Assembly (NCBI RefSeq): GCF_018350175.1
Contig: NC_058368.1
Coordinates: 59,584,001-59,648,000, forward strand
Direction of reading: 5' to 3'
Source of the DNA: Felis catus
Lineage: Eukaryota
DNA length: 64,000 nt
Below the pieces are notes generated by a model. The model was given only the letters and a program-made list of their open reading frames with translations. It was not told the origin of the DNA and did not search any database. A program made the translations under genes and the position numbers. Shown here in pieces: positions 50,301 to 63,352 of this stretch (position 1 is the first letter of the stretch; the number at the start of each line of letters is the position of its first letter).

Positions 50301-50644
50301 TATCCAGGTTTTTCTGGGTATTCTGATACACTTTTAAAAAGAAAATTAATAATCTACAGTGTTGCATGGAACTTAGAAGTTCCACTTACCCCTAGATACC
50401 ACAGAACATATCTATACTTTGAATGAATTAGTATGAAAATATTCATGGTCTCTTATTTTTTCCTATAAAGTATAAAAGCATATTTTGATATGAAGGAATA
50501 CTATAAATGAATTATTTCCATAATATTATTAATATAATTATAAATGTTAAATTTCATATTATATTTTTTTCATAAATTATAAATGCATGGAAGCTTAGGT
50601 TTTGGAGACCAGGATGTGATGTTTTGGATTTAAACACAAAAACA

Positions 50645-50863
50645 GGGGTGCCTGGCTAGCTCAGTTGGTTGAGCGGCCAACTCTTGATTTCAGCTCAGGT
50701 CATGATCTCACTGTTCATGGATTGGAGTCCTGCATTGGGCTCTGTGATGATACAGAGCCTGTTTGGGATTCTCTCCCTCTCTCTCTGCCCCTCCTCCACT
50801 CTTACACGCACGCTCTCACTCTCTCTCTCTCAAAATAAGTAAACTTCAAAAAAAAAATTTAAA
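50645..50863 (+). mobile_element. Can-SINE
   Basis: TSD taaacacaaaaa (50631-50642 / 50864-50875). Confidence 0.95.
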
Positions 50864-51220
50864 TAAACACAAAAAGAAAACACAGAAGCAAAAATCAAAG
50901 AAGTACACCTAGATATGAAGGTGAATTGTTTTTACAATTATACTATATAATGATATTTTTAGATATTCAATTAAAAATGAATTAAAATTAATTCTTCCAA
51001 ATATAATGACAAAGATTTGTAAAATTTGGTTTTGAGTAATCTTTATTGTTCAGTTTTGAGACCTTTATTTTTTATAGTTTGTAAACTAATTTGGGCAGTT
51101 TTTATATGTCCTCACCAACCCAAATAAAAATTTATATTTGGGGCAATGTAAAGAGAGATTTCTTTTTTTATATGTCAATGAAGGAGACCCCTAACTGACT
51201 TTTTGACCTAATCTCGCAAA

Positions 51221-51448
51221 CAGAGGTAGGTAAACCATATGGCTGTGGCCAAATCCAAAATTCCACTTGTTTTGTGAGCAAAGAATATTTTGTTTTTATG
51301 TAACATTTTAAAGTGGCTCATTCTAAATGCCTATATAAGAACTTATATAATATTCTCAATTTTGTTCCTTGGTCTATAACCCTGATTTTTTTAAAGTGTG
51401 ATCTATTTAGTATCTGGCTCATTTTAGAAAATGTTTTTTAAACCCTTG
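51221..51448 (+). mobile_element. MER58-like hAT-Charlie MITE
   Basis: Start cagaggtaggtaaacc...ggccaaatcc; end tatttagtatctggctc...agaaaatgtttt...aacccttg. Confidence 0.72.
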
Positions 51449-52329
51449 GAACACTGAGCATAAAGTGATGCAATGTATAGAGATTGAAGACCCTATGTTA
51501 ACATGTTGACAATACAACTTTCCTATATTTTAGTTCTTATAAAACAATTGCAAACAAGCATTTGCATCTCTTTTGTTGTTTTTGTTACTTTTTTCTATTA
51601 TCATGATCAGACAGTGATATTTATTATATCTGAAAGTGATATATATTACCTATTAGTTATAAAACTGCTAAAAGAGTAACAATAAAAATATAATTCATAA
51701 AAGTGATTAAATAATACAAATATATATAATGATTAGATTCATATATTTCTTTTTAAGGCATAATAGCTTTTTAGTGAAATCTAGAGATTGAAAGATACTT
51801 AAGCCGTGGCAATTATAATTATCAAATAATCCAATGCAATGAAAAAAATACATAGTAAAATGATGTAATGATAAAATCAGTGATGATGTATCATACACAA
51901 GAAATTCAAGAAAGAGTAGGCTACATTATTTCAATACATAACTGAAGTCCTTGGGAAAACTTATGCACTGTATAAAGTTGGGTTAATTCATAAATGTATC
52001 AAAATTTGCCATGAAAACATGAAAATATAACACATTATTCTAATCTGTCCTATGTCTTAGATATAATGTTTGTGACAAAAAGCTATTATTCTTATTCTTG
52101 AAGCTAATTTCAAATCTTGATATTCTATATGCTGTATAGAATCATGACAATACAAATAAGGCCAATTTCATTTTACTTTTAAGGATTATTGTAAAATAAT
52201 GCAAATTAAGTATTTTGCTGTTTTAAGCTTTAGTCCATAATTTACTTCTTTTTATTCTAGAAGATGTACTAACCCCCTTTTCTGTGCCACTGTACCACTT
52301 TGTACATTGATATGCTTGTATGCAGTTTT

Positions 52330-52500
52330 AGTTATTGGGCTTAGAAAGGAATAGAGATGATCTTTTGAGATTGTAATATTGGATTCAAATCCAGGATCTA
52401 AAATTTCTTACCTATATAAGCTTGGAAAAGCTATTTAGCCTCTCAGTGCCTTAGTTTTCTCATATGTAAAGTAGGATTGTTTACTAATATACACCTGAAA
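52330..52500 (+). mobile_element. MIR relic
   Basis: tggattcaaatccagg...cttggaaaagctatttagcctctcagtgccttagttttctcatatgtaaagt. Confidence 0.8.
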
Positions 52501-53427
52501 CAGTTGGTATATATGTTGAAGAATTGATACACACTAATCACAACATGACCCTGCTCAGATCATTAGCCAAAAATCACAACTTTTATGTCAACAGGTATGC
52601 ATCTTTAATTATTGTAAAACGATTGTAATCTTGATGAATTCCTCTTCTTTTCATGTGGAATTCCTATCAAATAGTAACAACCATGCTACTAATAATATAG
52701 CCGTTTCATTTATGAATATCTTGAGGGAAAGAAAACTCTTGAAAATCAATGATAATCATTAATTAAATTAAATGTGATAAACAAATGTTGATTCCTTTGG
52801 CAAACAAATGTTTAGCAATGTGAGAGCTTTTTAAAAATGAATTCAAAGTTGAATTTCACTTTCAATTTCTTGGTTTCATAGGCAACTTGAGCCTTTAGCA
52901 AAATAATTGCATCCAGGAATAGAACATACCTGTAAATGTTAATTTTTTCTCCACTAATGCTATATCTTTAGGTCAAAAACATCAGTAAGAAATGTTAAAT
53001 ATAAAAGTGTCACACACTTTTTCTGAAATTATCTGATATATTTTATTCCTGGAAAAAATAATTTTATGTCCATAAAATTAGCATTTTTCCACAGTACATT
53101 TCAGTTACCCCAATGAAGTCAAAATGATAACTTTCTTTGTAAATATGAGTTCAGTGGTAAAAGTCTAAAATTATTGGATATATCCAGACATCTGCTTCAT
53201 TAAAGACAATATACTTTTAATAGTTGGAAGAACATGTGTAATTAGAGTATTTAGAGTTAGTAAATTAGAATCTTAGTTATACTTTCTTTCTCATATTTCA
53301 TATTGATGCTTCTGTGCCTACACAAGTTGGAATGCAATATTTGTTAAAGTGAAGACTGAATGAGTAAAATAATGACTTAATTATACTGTTTGGAATTCAG
53401 TTTCCTGTATTTTTAAAGTAAAATACA

Positions 53428-53652
53428 GGGGTGCCTGGGTGGCACAGTTGGTTAAACATCCGACTCTTGATTGGCTCAGGTTAAGATCTCACTGTTCATG
53501 GGATTGAGCCCCTCATCAGGCTCTGGGCTGACAGTGTGGAGCCTGCTTGGGATTCTCTCTCGCCCTCTTCCTCTGCCGCTTTTCTATTTGCTTGCTCGGG
53601 CGTGTACACACACACTCTCTCCCTCTTTCAAAATAAATAAACATTAAAAAAA
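53428..53652 (+). mobile_element. Can-SINE
   Basis: Perfect TSD taaagtaaaataca (53414-53427 / 53653-53666). Confidence 0.96.
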
Positions 53653-53692
53653 TAAAGTAAAATACAAAATAGAAACCAATTTGAAAATTCCC

Positions 53693-54117
53693 TGAGCAGA
53701 TAAAACCTTTTAAAATGCGTAAGCAAGGCTTAATCTGGCTTATGTTGCAAAACAAGTGAAATTTAGACTGCTTCTTATAAATGCCTCTGAAAATCATAAT
53801 TGAAACTTAATCTGTTTCCCAAAATTAGCATGAGGTAACCACTTTTAACCAATCATCAATGACTATAAAAATTGTAATGCTATAACCAATCATTGCAAAG
53901 AAAGACTGAGCTCTGCATTCTCACTGTATAAACTGTGTTGTAACAATATACCTTTGAGCCTCATTCTGTTGTCAGTTTCAGAGCTGTTTGCCAACTTCTT
54001 ACATGCACAACAAACCCTCTCTCAATACTGCTTTACATACCTGTCGGTTTTAATGTTGCTATTTCTGCACAGTGTTATTTTAGTCATAGTTTCTGTTTTA
54101 AATTTTCTTACATTTCA
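53693..54117 (+). mobile_element. Possible solo ERV1-class LTR
   Basis: ~425 bp TG...CA segment with two aaccaatca boxes followed by a tataaa; family not recognised, no TSD seen. Confidence 0.35.
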
Positions 54118-54576
54118 CTCAGGTCAAATCAAAGATAAGAAATTAAAGCTATCATACTTGTTATAACCACAATCACTTCTTAATTAGAAGAGGTTTTTAG
54201 TCAACTGGTGGTTATTTAGGCCAGCACAATTTCAGTGCACCACCACAAAATCATACACTTGATCTACACATAAGAAACACAAAATAAAATATTTTTAATT
54301 TTAATATAATAATATATGCTACTCATGTATTTGTATTTCCCATGAATGTGGCTAGTGTGTCTTCAGATTATTTTTCTATTTCTATGGTAAACTTATTTTT
54401 GAATATGTGAGTATTAATGTTTATGTTAATATTACATATTATTGGTCAAGAAAATATATTTTCTTCTTTGTGTTCATAATCAAACCCCTAATGATTGCAT
54501 TTGTGTTCAGTCCACATCCTTCTATCCTTTAAGTCATGCATTTTCAATTCTATTGTCCCTGCTTCCACCTGCTTTT

Positions 54577-54803
54577 TTTAAATTCAAGTAAAATTAATAT
54601 ACAGTGTTATGGTAGTTTCAGATGTACAATATAATGATTCAAGAATTATATACATTTTACAGTGCTCATGGAGATAAGTGTACTCTTATTCCCCTTTATT
54701 TCACCCTTCTCCCCACCCACGTCCCTTCTGGCAACCACCAGTTTGTTCTCTATATTTAAGTCTTTTTTTGTCTTTTGTTTTCTTTGTTTGATTTATTTTT
54801 AAA
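54577..54803 (-). mobile_element. 5'-truncated carnivore L1 3' end
   Basis: tagtttcagatgtacaatataatgattca...ctggcaaccaccagtttgttctc; TSD ttccacctgctttt / ttctacctgctttt. Confidence 0.9.
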
Positions 54804-57239
54804 TTCTACCTGCTTTTAAACCTGCTATTTTCAATTCCCTAGTGGCCAGTATCCCCAGATCTGTTCTCAAATGTTACCATTCAGGAGTCTCTCTGTTTGT
54901 ATCTAAACCTTTGCTCTTTGCTCTTTTTATGCACAGTCTTCACCTGATCGCAAATCAGGCTTGTTCTCAGTAGTTTGGTCTTTTGGTTTCAGATATTTAC
55001 TTTCCTAGTTATATCCAAAATAGTGTTTGTTGTATTACTTTCTCTATAAAGAAGGAAGGTAATACAACAAATACTGAATGATGACTTTTTTCTTCCTGTC
55101 TTATAAATATGTATGTTTAAAGTATTTGTGAAACGGTTCAAATTAGGCAGCCACTGCTATCCTGTGGAGTTGGCAGGTTAGCTAATAATGATAGTTCCAC
55201 CAAGACTGTCCAAGGTGTGGAGTAGCTAATTCAACAAATGGAAGTCAATTTTTGTTGTCAAAAAACAGGAAAGAATAGGTATTTTTTTCTGAAAATACAT
55301 AATTAACCCCTACCTGTACTACTTTACCACCAGTGGTTTTTGACTAAAATATTTTTTAAGTAGATGACTTAAACTAGGGACTCTGCCATTTGACTGCCAT
55401 TATTACTTACTGTCTGACACACTTCACTGACTTCTTTGGAATGCAAGGTTCAATTTCATGAATACTCTCCACTGTTAGTAGGATACGGATTAAGAATAAT
55501 GAATCACTGGCTAAACCAATGACCATCCTTATGATGTTGAAGCTGCTTTACTAGTCATTTGCTTTTTTGTCAGGTGATTTTGATTCTTCCCTCGGGCCTC
55601 TATGAAAGTGGTTTCAGTATATCACATGGAGAAGCCATTAAAAATCATTCTTTTAGTGTCAAAAGTGTCTATTCTTTTAGATAATCATAATCATGAATCA
55701 CTTATTACTTATACTATATAATACAAATAAATCTGGAAGTTGGAGTGAACTAATTCCCTAACTGCCACTCAGACTTTTAAAGGTGAGTGCTAATTCTCAT
55801 TCATCTATTTTACTGACAATCCGCAAAATTCACTTTAAGGGTATTTGTTAAATTTAGAGTCAAGTTAAGTGTGAAATGGCTTTTCTGCTCTTTATGCAGT
55901 ATGAAACAGAAAGGAGCACCATTAAATTCTGTGTGCCTTGATTGAAGCATTTCAAGAGAGAAGATGATATAAACCAGTTCTTTCACTTTGGCATTTATTT
56001 TTGTTTAAACTCTCCTATTTTACCTATATCGAACATGATAATTATTTTTTTGGAACCTCTGATCCAAGTGGACAATATGTCTCAACAATTAATAGGATAA
56101 TTTTCTGCAACTTGCTGTTTTTCTTTTCTAAGGATTTCATGCTACTATCCACTTTATTCATGAAAATGAAAAGTATAAATTCAAAGAAGACTTACAGAAT
56201 TAGCCTTTGAGAGAATGTAGGGAAGGGGAGATCCTGGAAAGGAGAAAAACCACAGGGTAAAAATAGTGAATATCAAAAGGATAGGCCATAAAAAAGAAAG
56301 GCATGTAGAAGACATCTCTGTGTCTGCTTTGAGAATAACACTAAGGAGAAGAACAACAGGCGCAGATCAGAGTTGACCAACCGTTGGGGGGATTTTATGT
56401 GTGTCAGAAGATAATTGAATAAAGGAAGAATACACAGGATCTATTAATTTTGAATACATATATGCTTCCTCAGTACCAGATTTTAGAAACAGTATAGGGT
56501 ATCTCGATGGCTTTAAGGCATTTGTTTTTTTATTTGTAGATAACAATGAATCAATGGATGGCAAATTGAAAGTAAGAGTTACAAGATTTAAAACTGTATG
56601 CACCAAAAATTAAAGCTTCTCTCTGTCTTTGTCTCTGTCCCTGACTGTCTGTATATTTTTTTCTGGTTTTAATTTGATTTTGATTTTATTTCCATCTATG
56701 AATCTGTTGTTTTCTCTTCTGGATGAAAGAAGGATGTACTTGAATTGCTGGTACAGGTTTTAAAATCATTCAAATCCTTAGAACATCAGTGATCCTCAAA
56801 GATGGAAAGATTAGAGTTAGGGAGGAAGGTAAAATTGTTGGTTTTGAAACTTTTAAAAGCTAAATCTGAAGCTGCAAAGTGTAGAATTATAAAGAAGCAT
56901 CATAATAATCATAAAACAAAATGCAGTCTCAATTATTTGTGTTACAGCACTAATGAACTTGGGTAATTTATTTTATATTAATTTATCTTAGATGATTAAC
57001 AACTAGGAAAATTCTTATTCACTAACTTTTCAACACACAGATTTTTTTTTCCACATAGACCCTGCTCTCCCTAAATTCACAGCACAAAAAATAGTAACAT
57101 CCAATCAACTTAATTTATGGGAATATTGTGAATTTTTAATGACATAATATATAGAAAAATGGTTTAAAACCAACAAAGGGTACAATACAATCTTAAAGAT
57201 TCTTATATTTTAAGAATTATCTTTTCTTCACAATAACTG

Positions 57240-57976
57240 TGCTAGCTGCTATATAGTGTGTACGACTCAGTGCAAAATGAAAGTATGGGCGACATTATAT
57301 TTTTCTTTATTCTTCAGTCTCTCTTTTCACTTGTCATTCTGATTTTTTAACTTAGTATTTAATGTCATGCAGCCTTGCATACGAGGACACTCAGGGTGAA
57401 TGTACACCCTTCACCACTGCACTTTGGCCCCAGCCTATAATTCCACAGGTGCCACACTAGGTGTGTTAGTCACTCTCCCTAACTCTTCCTGGATAGGTGA
57501 CCCTACAGAGCTTGCAACCTCCCTGCTGGGCTGCATTCTACCTGAATCAGAGGAGGATGAGGGGCTTACCTCACCGAATTGTCTCCTGAAAGCCTTTGGC
57601 ACTTCCAGTTGGGGTTAGAACAGCCTCTGGAATGCCCCACTGATGGCATCCCTGGCCCTTCCCAACACTTCCTGGGCCTACCGGCATGCCCAACAGATGG
57701 CAGAACATGAGCTAACTCACTACCCTCTTCCTTCTTCAACCTCTTCCTTCTGTTCCTCTTCCTTCTCAACTCAGGGATCACTCAAGTGCAGGGCCGCAGA
57801 GGTGATGGAACAGGAGGGAGGGTGGGATGAGGGTGGGGGAAGCTGGGAGGGTCCACTGGCACCAAGATACTGGGAACAGTCCCCAACCTTTTCAGGGAAA
57901 CAGGGAGGTGTAGGAAGTAGGACTGTGCAGGACAAAGCCACCTGTGCATGCAGTATCTTCCCATCAGACTTCACTT
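57240..57976 (-). mobile_element. MER45 (C-like) hAT-Tip100 element
   Basis: ctcagtgcaaaatgaaagtatggg at the left end and cccatcagacttcactta at the right end match recalled antisense MER45; explains the local GC-rich patch. Confidence 0.65.
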
Positions 57977-58018
57977 AATTCATTTATTTTACTTTATTAT
58001 GGTACATTGTTATTTCTT

Positions 58019-58235
58019 TTTAAAAGTTTTTAAATTGTTTTATTTATTTTTGAGAGAGAGAAACAGAGCATGAGTGGGGGTGGAGCAGAGAAAGAAGAAG
58101 ACACAGAATCTGAAGCAGGCTCCAGGCTCTGAGCTGTCAGCACAGAGCTGGCTGCAGGGCAGGAACCCATACACTAGGAGATCATGATCTGAGCCAAAGT
58201 CCTACACTCAACTGACTGAGCCACCCAGGAGCCTT
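58019..58235 (-). mobile_element. Can-SINE
   Basis: TSD attgttatttctt (58006-58018 / 58236-58248). Confidence 0.95.
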
Positions 58236-58319
58236 ATTGTTATTTCTTATACGTTTTCAAAAATGGATAGCCAGTAAATGGCATAAAATAATTACAATAA
58301 CTAGGATATATCAGATAAT

Positions 58320-58545
58320 CGGAGCGCACTGGTGGTTCAGTCAGCTAAGCTTCCAACTTCAGCTCAGGTCATGATCTCCCAGTTTGAGTTCCATCCACCT
58401 GGGGCTCTGTGCTGACAGCTCAGAGCCTGGAGACTGCTTCTGATTCTGCTGTGTCTCCCTCTTTCTCTGCCCCTCTCCCACTCGTGGTCTCTCTCACTCT
58501 TTCTCCCTCTCTCTCTCTCAAAAAATTAATAAACATTAAAAATAT
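58320..58545 (+). mobile_element. Can-SINE
   Basis: TSD actaggatatatcagataa (58300-58318) / actagaatatatcagataa (58546-58564). Confidence 0.95.
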
Positions 58546-58876
58546 ACTAGAATATATCAGATAAGTATTATTTGATATGTGCCTAATTTGAGGTGAATTT
58601 TGAAATACATTTAACAAATGAACTTAATATGAAGAAATTATCAAAACCTAGTATGTGTCACAGTGACTAGAATGTAAAAGGCATTCCAGAAATATTTGAT
58701 GAATAAAATAAACAGGAAAATGTTAATCTGCAGAGAAATTAAGTCCAAGCAAATAACAAATGTATACATGTAGGTCACTATGCATTAAAAAAAGTGCATT
58801 TTCTTTGCAAAATATTTAGAAAAAAATTCAGAATAACATCAAGAATATTTTCTATTAAGAAATTTCAAATCTATCC

Positions 58877-59060
58877 GGGGGTGCCTGGCTGGCTCAGTTG
58901 GTTGATTGAGTGTCCGACTTCGGCTCAGATCATGATCTCGCAGTCTGTGAGTTCAAGCCCCTTGTAGGGCTCTGTGCTGACAGCTCAGAGCCTGGAGCCT
59001 GCTTCGGATTCTGTGTCTCCCTTTCTCTCTGCCCTTCCTCTGCTCATGTTCTGTCTCTTT

Positions 59061-59096
<36 letters not shown>

Positions 59097-59122
59097 GTCA
59101 AAAAAACATTAAAAAAAATTTA
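58877..59122 (+). mobile_element. Can-SINE
   Basis: Perfect 20-bp TSD aagaaatttcaaatctatcc (58857-58876 / 59123-59142). Confidence 0.97.
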
Positions 59123-59328
59123 AAGAAATTTCAAATCTATCCAAATCCCAAAAGAGAGCTTGGAAGTAATTAATATTGTTGTTACTGTTTCTATTAACAT
59201 TATTTTAATTATGAAACCTAAACGAGTAATGGAAAGAACATGAGATTCCGAACCTGAGAATTAGTTCTGAATCCTTATCCTGTCATGGACCTTTTTTTAT
59301 GATATTGAACAAGCTACATACTTCATCA

Positions 59329-59550
59329 GAGGTGCCTAGGTGGCTCAGTTGGTTAAGTGTCCAACTCTTGATTTTTGGCTCAGGTCATGATCTCAGGTTC
59401 ATGGGTTTGAGCCCTGCATGGGGGCTGTGCTGACAGTGCAGAGGCTGCTTGGGATTCTCTCTCTCCCTCTCCATCTGCACCTCCCCTGCTCGTGTTCTGT
59501 CTCTCTCTCTCTCTCAAAATAAATAAAACTAAACATGAAAAAAATTTAAA
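59329..59550 (+). mobile_element. Can-SINE, probably inserted in a MIR relic
   Basis: Head gaggtgcctaggtggctcagttggttaag; upstream 59220-59325 is MIR-like. Confidence 0.93.
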
Positions 59551-60399
59551 GAAATACTTTAAATACATCATCAGTCAAAAAATATTAAATGACAATAACT
59601 TTCAAGTTTGTTATGAATATGCAATGATATGTTTTCAGGTTTTCCTACCTACATTATTTAATTATCATGCAGTTTTCCCCAGTTAGAAGGAGTACCCATA
59701 AACATGGTACCCATAGGAATAAAAATCAGTAGTTTGATAAGCTTATATGAAAATAAAACCTTACTCTTTCACCTAAACTTTTTTTTCTCCCACAAAGCTA
59801 TTTGACAGATATCTCAAAGATGAACATTTTATTATAAGTACACATTTTAATGGGACAGAAAAAGGATAGTCAACAAATGATTTAGTATATTTTCTTCACC
59901 TAGTATCATGGCCTATGCTACAAGGGAGACTTGGATAGAAACTATTAAATCACACCTTGACTTTGTCCTTGTCCATGCCTCATAACAAAAAGCATTCCAT
60001 TTACTGTTTGACATGAATTCTCAAAATGGACATTCTAGAAGTTTTCAGAATTTCAGTGGTCAACCCCAGTAAACAAAGAAATTAATAGTTGATAAATTAA
60101 GAGTCAGCATGACCCTTACTATTTTCAGTTCATTGCTATAAGCAGGCTCTAAAATTTCTTAATTTATAAATGGAATAAACTAAGTAGTGATTTGGTCTAT
60201 GTCAGTTAAGATATGTCTAAACTATTAAATACTTTTATATATGTTTAAATATTTCTTTCTAACTCAGTATTTACTACAGGGATGTTTTCCAAAATTGTCG
60301 ATTTCCCTTACCTTTTTGATTCCTAGATCATTCTTCTACATGTTCAAAATAAAGCATTTCTTTTTCTCCAAATTTGTTTTAGTTTTGTTGTTCCAGAGC

Positions 60400-60440
<41 letters not shown>
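60400..60440. repeat. (AAT)n microsatellite
   Basis: Direct reading. Confidence 0.98.
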
Positions 60441-60924
60441 GAAAATCTCTATACTCTCTGTTAATTATGCCGTGATATCAGAAGTCATTCCTGTTTTGTC
60501 CCTTACTTTCAAATGCCCCAAAATTAAGAATATAAATTGTGATTCAGAACATATTGCTTGAATTAGCCAACCCCCTCCCATCTAAGAAACTAGCAGGTCT
60601 TCTAAAGTACTGCAAAATAAACTTACTTTGCCATCCTACTTCCAGTTTTGCCTTGAAGCCAGTATAATATACTTTCCACAAGCAGTCGGTGTAACTTTGT
60701 AAAATGACCAATGTAAGTATGTAACCTTTCAGCTTAAAAGCCATCTGTGAATTTCCATTGTCCTTAGAATACTTTGCAAACATCTTGATCCTTAAAGTGA
60801 ATAGCATCTGCACCCTGGCTGCTGCCCTTGCAACTTCCCTCTTTCTTAGTTCTCACTTGATTGATAGCCTCCAGCATTGCTAGCATTCTTTTATTTCATT
60901 CAGTAACCACTTTCCCTGTGTTTG

Positions 60925-61062
60925 CTTCTGCTTCTGCCTCCTCCTTCTCCCCCTCCTCCTCCTCTCCTCCTACTTCCTCCTTCTTCTTCTTCCTCCTCCT
61001 CCTCCTTCTTCTCCTCCTCCCTCTCCCTCCCCTTCTCCTTCTCTCACTCTCTCTCCTCCTTC
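60925..61062. repeat. Polypyrimidine (CCT/CTT)n low-complexity tract
   Basis: Direct reading. Confidence 0.9.
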
Positions 61063-61064
61063 AC

Positions 61065-61630
61065 AGGCCAACTACAGTGACTTTACCTAACAGTGTTCCC
61101 AGGAAAGCTGCCTGCCTCACACCAGATTTGGCACACAGCCAGTACACTACATACAGTCTCTGAAGGGAACTAAAGTTGAGTGTTCAGACCTCCCTGGCAG
61201 GTCATGTATTTGTATTTCTAGCCCATTCCTAGGTCTCTTTATCTGAGGCCTGAGGCATAGGTCTTCTTCAGGCACCTCAACTGAAGTTTCCTAATGGAGG
61301 GATGGGGGAAACCTTGATGACATGTTGCCCTGCTCTGACTTAGCAGACAGTATTTTTTCCACTCCTGCCACATTCTCTCTAATGTTCCTGCAACTCCAAG
61401 GTCCACAAAACTGCTGTGCCCTTAAGTCCTAGGTTCCCCTGAAAGTGAAAAAGCTCCCAGGTTTTCACTGACCAACTGACCCTCAACCTGTGCACCACTC
61501 CATGAACAAAAATGGAACAAGGTGAATCAATGAGTCCTCTGGTTTTAGCTTCTTGCTTATACCATCAGAAAGATCACTTTCACTTTGGTCTTTACTTTAA
61601 TCGACTCCTCTGACACCCAGCATCTCAGTG
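61065..61630 (+). mobile_element. ERVL LTR relic (MER74-like)
   Basis: 3' part gtcctctggttttagcttcttgc...ttaatcgactcctctgacaccc matches recalled MER74-family end. Confidence 0.55.
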
Positions 61631-61673
61631 CTGTCTCTTTTGGAGAAATGTCTGCTCCTGACTTCCTAATTTT

Positions 61674-61677
61674 TTTT

Positions 61678-61745
<68 letters not shown>

Positions 61746-62000
61746 TTCTTTTCTTTTCTTTTCTTTTCTTTTCTTTTCTTTTCTTTCCTTCTTTCAATTT
61801 ACATCCAGATTAGTTAGCATATAGTGCAACAATGATTTCAGGAGTAGATTCCTTAATTCCCCTTACCCATTCAGCCCATCCCCCTCCCACAACCCCTCCA
61901 GTAACCCTCTGTTTGTTCTCCATTTTATGGGTCTCTTCTGTTTTGTCCCCTTCCCTGTTTTTATATTATTTTTGCTTCCCTTCCCTTATGTTCTTCTGTT
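61674..62000 (-). mobile_element. 5'-truncated felid L1 (L1_Fc-like) with tail converted to (TTTC)n(TTTTC)n
   Basis: caatttacatccagattagttagcatatagtgcaacaatgatttcaggagtagattcctta is the felid L1 3' end; approximate TSD ctgacttcctaattt / ctgactttccaaattt. Confidence 0.85.
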
Positions 62001-62440
62001 CTGACTTTCCAAATTTCTAATTGAATTGTTTTTTTTTTTTCTTTACTGATGAGCGTGGAGAACTTTTTATATATTTATTGAAGTCTTTTTCAGATACATC
62101 GTTTGTAAGTATTTTTTCGCAGTCAGTAGCTTTCCTTTTTATCCTCATAAAAGGTTTCTTCACAGAACATTTTTTTAAAAATAAGGGCTAACTTCTCAAA
62201 ATTTTCTTAAATGTACTTTTGGTATCAATTTGTAGAATTATTTGCCTAGACTTAGATCCAGTTTTTTCTCTTAATTACAGAAACATTGTTTTAAGTTTTC
62301 ATTATTGTGGGTAATGCATTTTAAACTATTTTATGTAACACGTGGGACTTAGATTGAGGTTCTTTTTTTCCCCCTGTGAATGTCCTATTGCTTCAGAACC
62401 ATTTGTTGGAAAATTTATCTTCCGTCTATTGAATTGCTTG
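62001..62440 (-). mobile_element. Older L1 ORF2 fragment (begins ~61632, split by the felid L1)
   Basis: tttggagaaatgtctg before the insert; cagaaccatttgttggaaaat...ctattgaattgc after it. Confidence 0.7.
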
Positions 62441-63094
62441 AAAAAAATAGATCTAAAGTTAGAAAGAGATAAATCTTTCTCTCCTAAATTTGGGGGAGAG
62501 TAGAAAGAAAGTGTCTCGGTGCCTCACCTCTGGTCCATGCAGAATTGAACCTTCATTTGAACACTTGAGTGTCCATGAGACTATTCTGTGCAGTAAGGTG
62601 AAGGGCAGCCCCTCATACTAGTCTGTAGACAGACTGCTTGTTGGGGTGATTATACACCTGGTAGTGAATAAGTGCATGGAGAGAAGCTCACTCTTGGTGT
62701 CAGACTAGAAAATAGACAGCAAAAACTGCATAAAAAACAAGCACTCCAATCCCTCCCTCACCCAGAGTACTTAATTGTGCTACAACATAGATTATAATTT
62801 TAAGAATTATATTTTCAAAGCAAAGTTATAGCAGAAATGTGTACATGTGTAAGTGTGCATGAGTGTGTGTTTCTTCTTTAGGGCAAATAAGTATACCCAA
62901 GAACTATAACAGCATACTTAAACACCCCTGTCCCTAAACTATATACATTATAAGGATAGGGACAGAGACTGGTTTTCATTGGGTCCCTAATACCTAGTTC
63001 AGTGGCATATATTCAATATTTAATAAAGATATCTCATCAAAAGAATGAACGTAAATTATACATTTAGGAAGAAAAGTAGTTCTTCTGCCCTTCT

Positions 63095-63352
63095 CTTTTT
63101 TTTTAAATTTTTTTGAGTGTGGTTAACACTGATATTACATTAGTTTCAGGTGTACGACACAGTGTTTCAACTTCTCTATGCTATGCTCACCATAAGTGTA
63201 ACTACCATCTATCACCACAGAACACTATTACAATGTCATTGCCTATATCCTCTATGATGTGCCTTTTATTCCCATGATTTATTTATTACATGACTGGAAG
63301 CCTGTATCTCCCACTTCCCTTCACCCATTTTGCCCACCCCCACCCCCTTCCT
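63095..63352 (-). mobile_element. L1 3' end (L1MA9/L1_Carn-like)
   Basis: acattagtttcaggtgtac...actggaagcctgtatctcccacttcccttcacccattttgccc. Confidence 0.88.

Noticed and set aside
55574..55788. Acceptor at 55573 and strong donor aag|gtgagt at 55783
   Set aside because: The phase-0 frame I read hits a stop and there is no other support; isolated splice motifs are common
57400..57978. GC-rich patch with several overlapping ORFs up to 111 aa
   Set aside because: Bounded by MER45-like termini, CpG-poor, no recognisable protein
60861..61163. Ser/Leu-rich 100-aa ORF resembling a membrane peptide
   Set aside because: Translation of a CCT/CTT low-complexity tract
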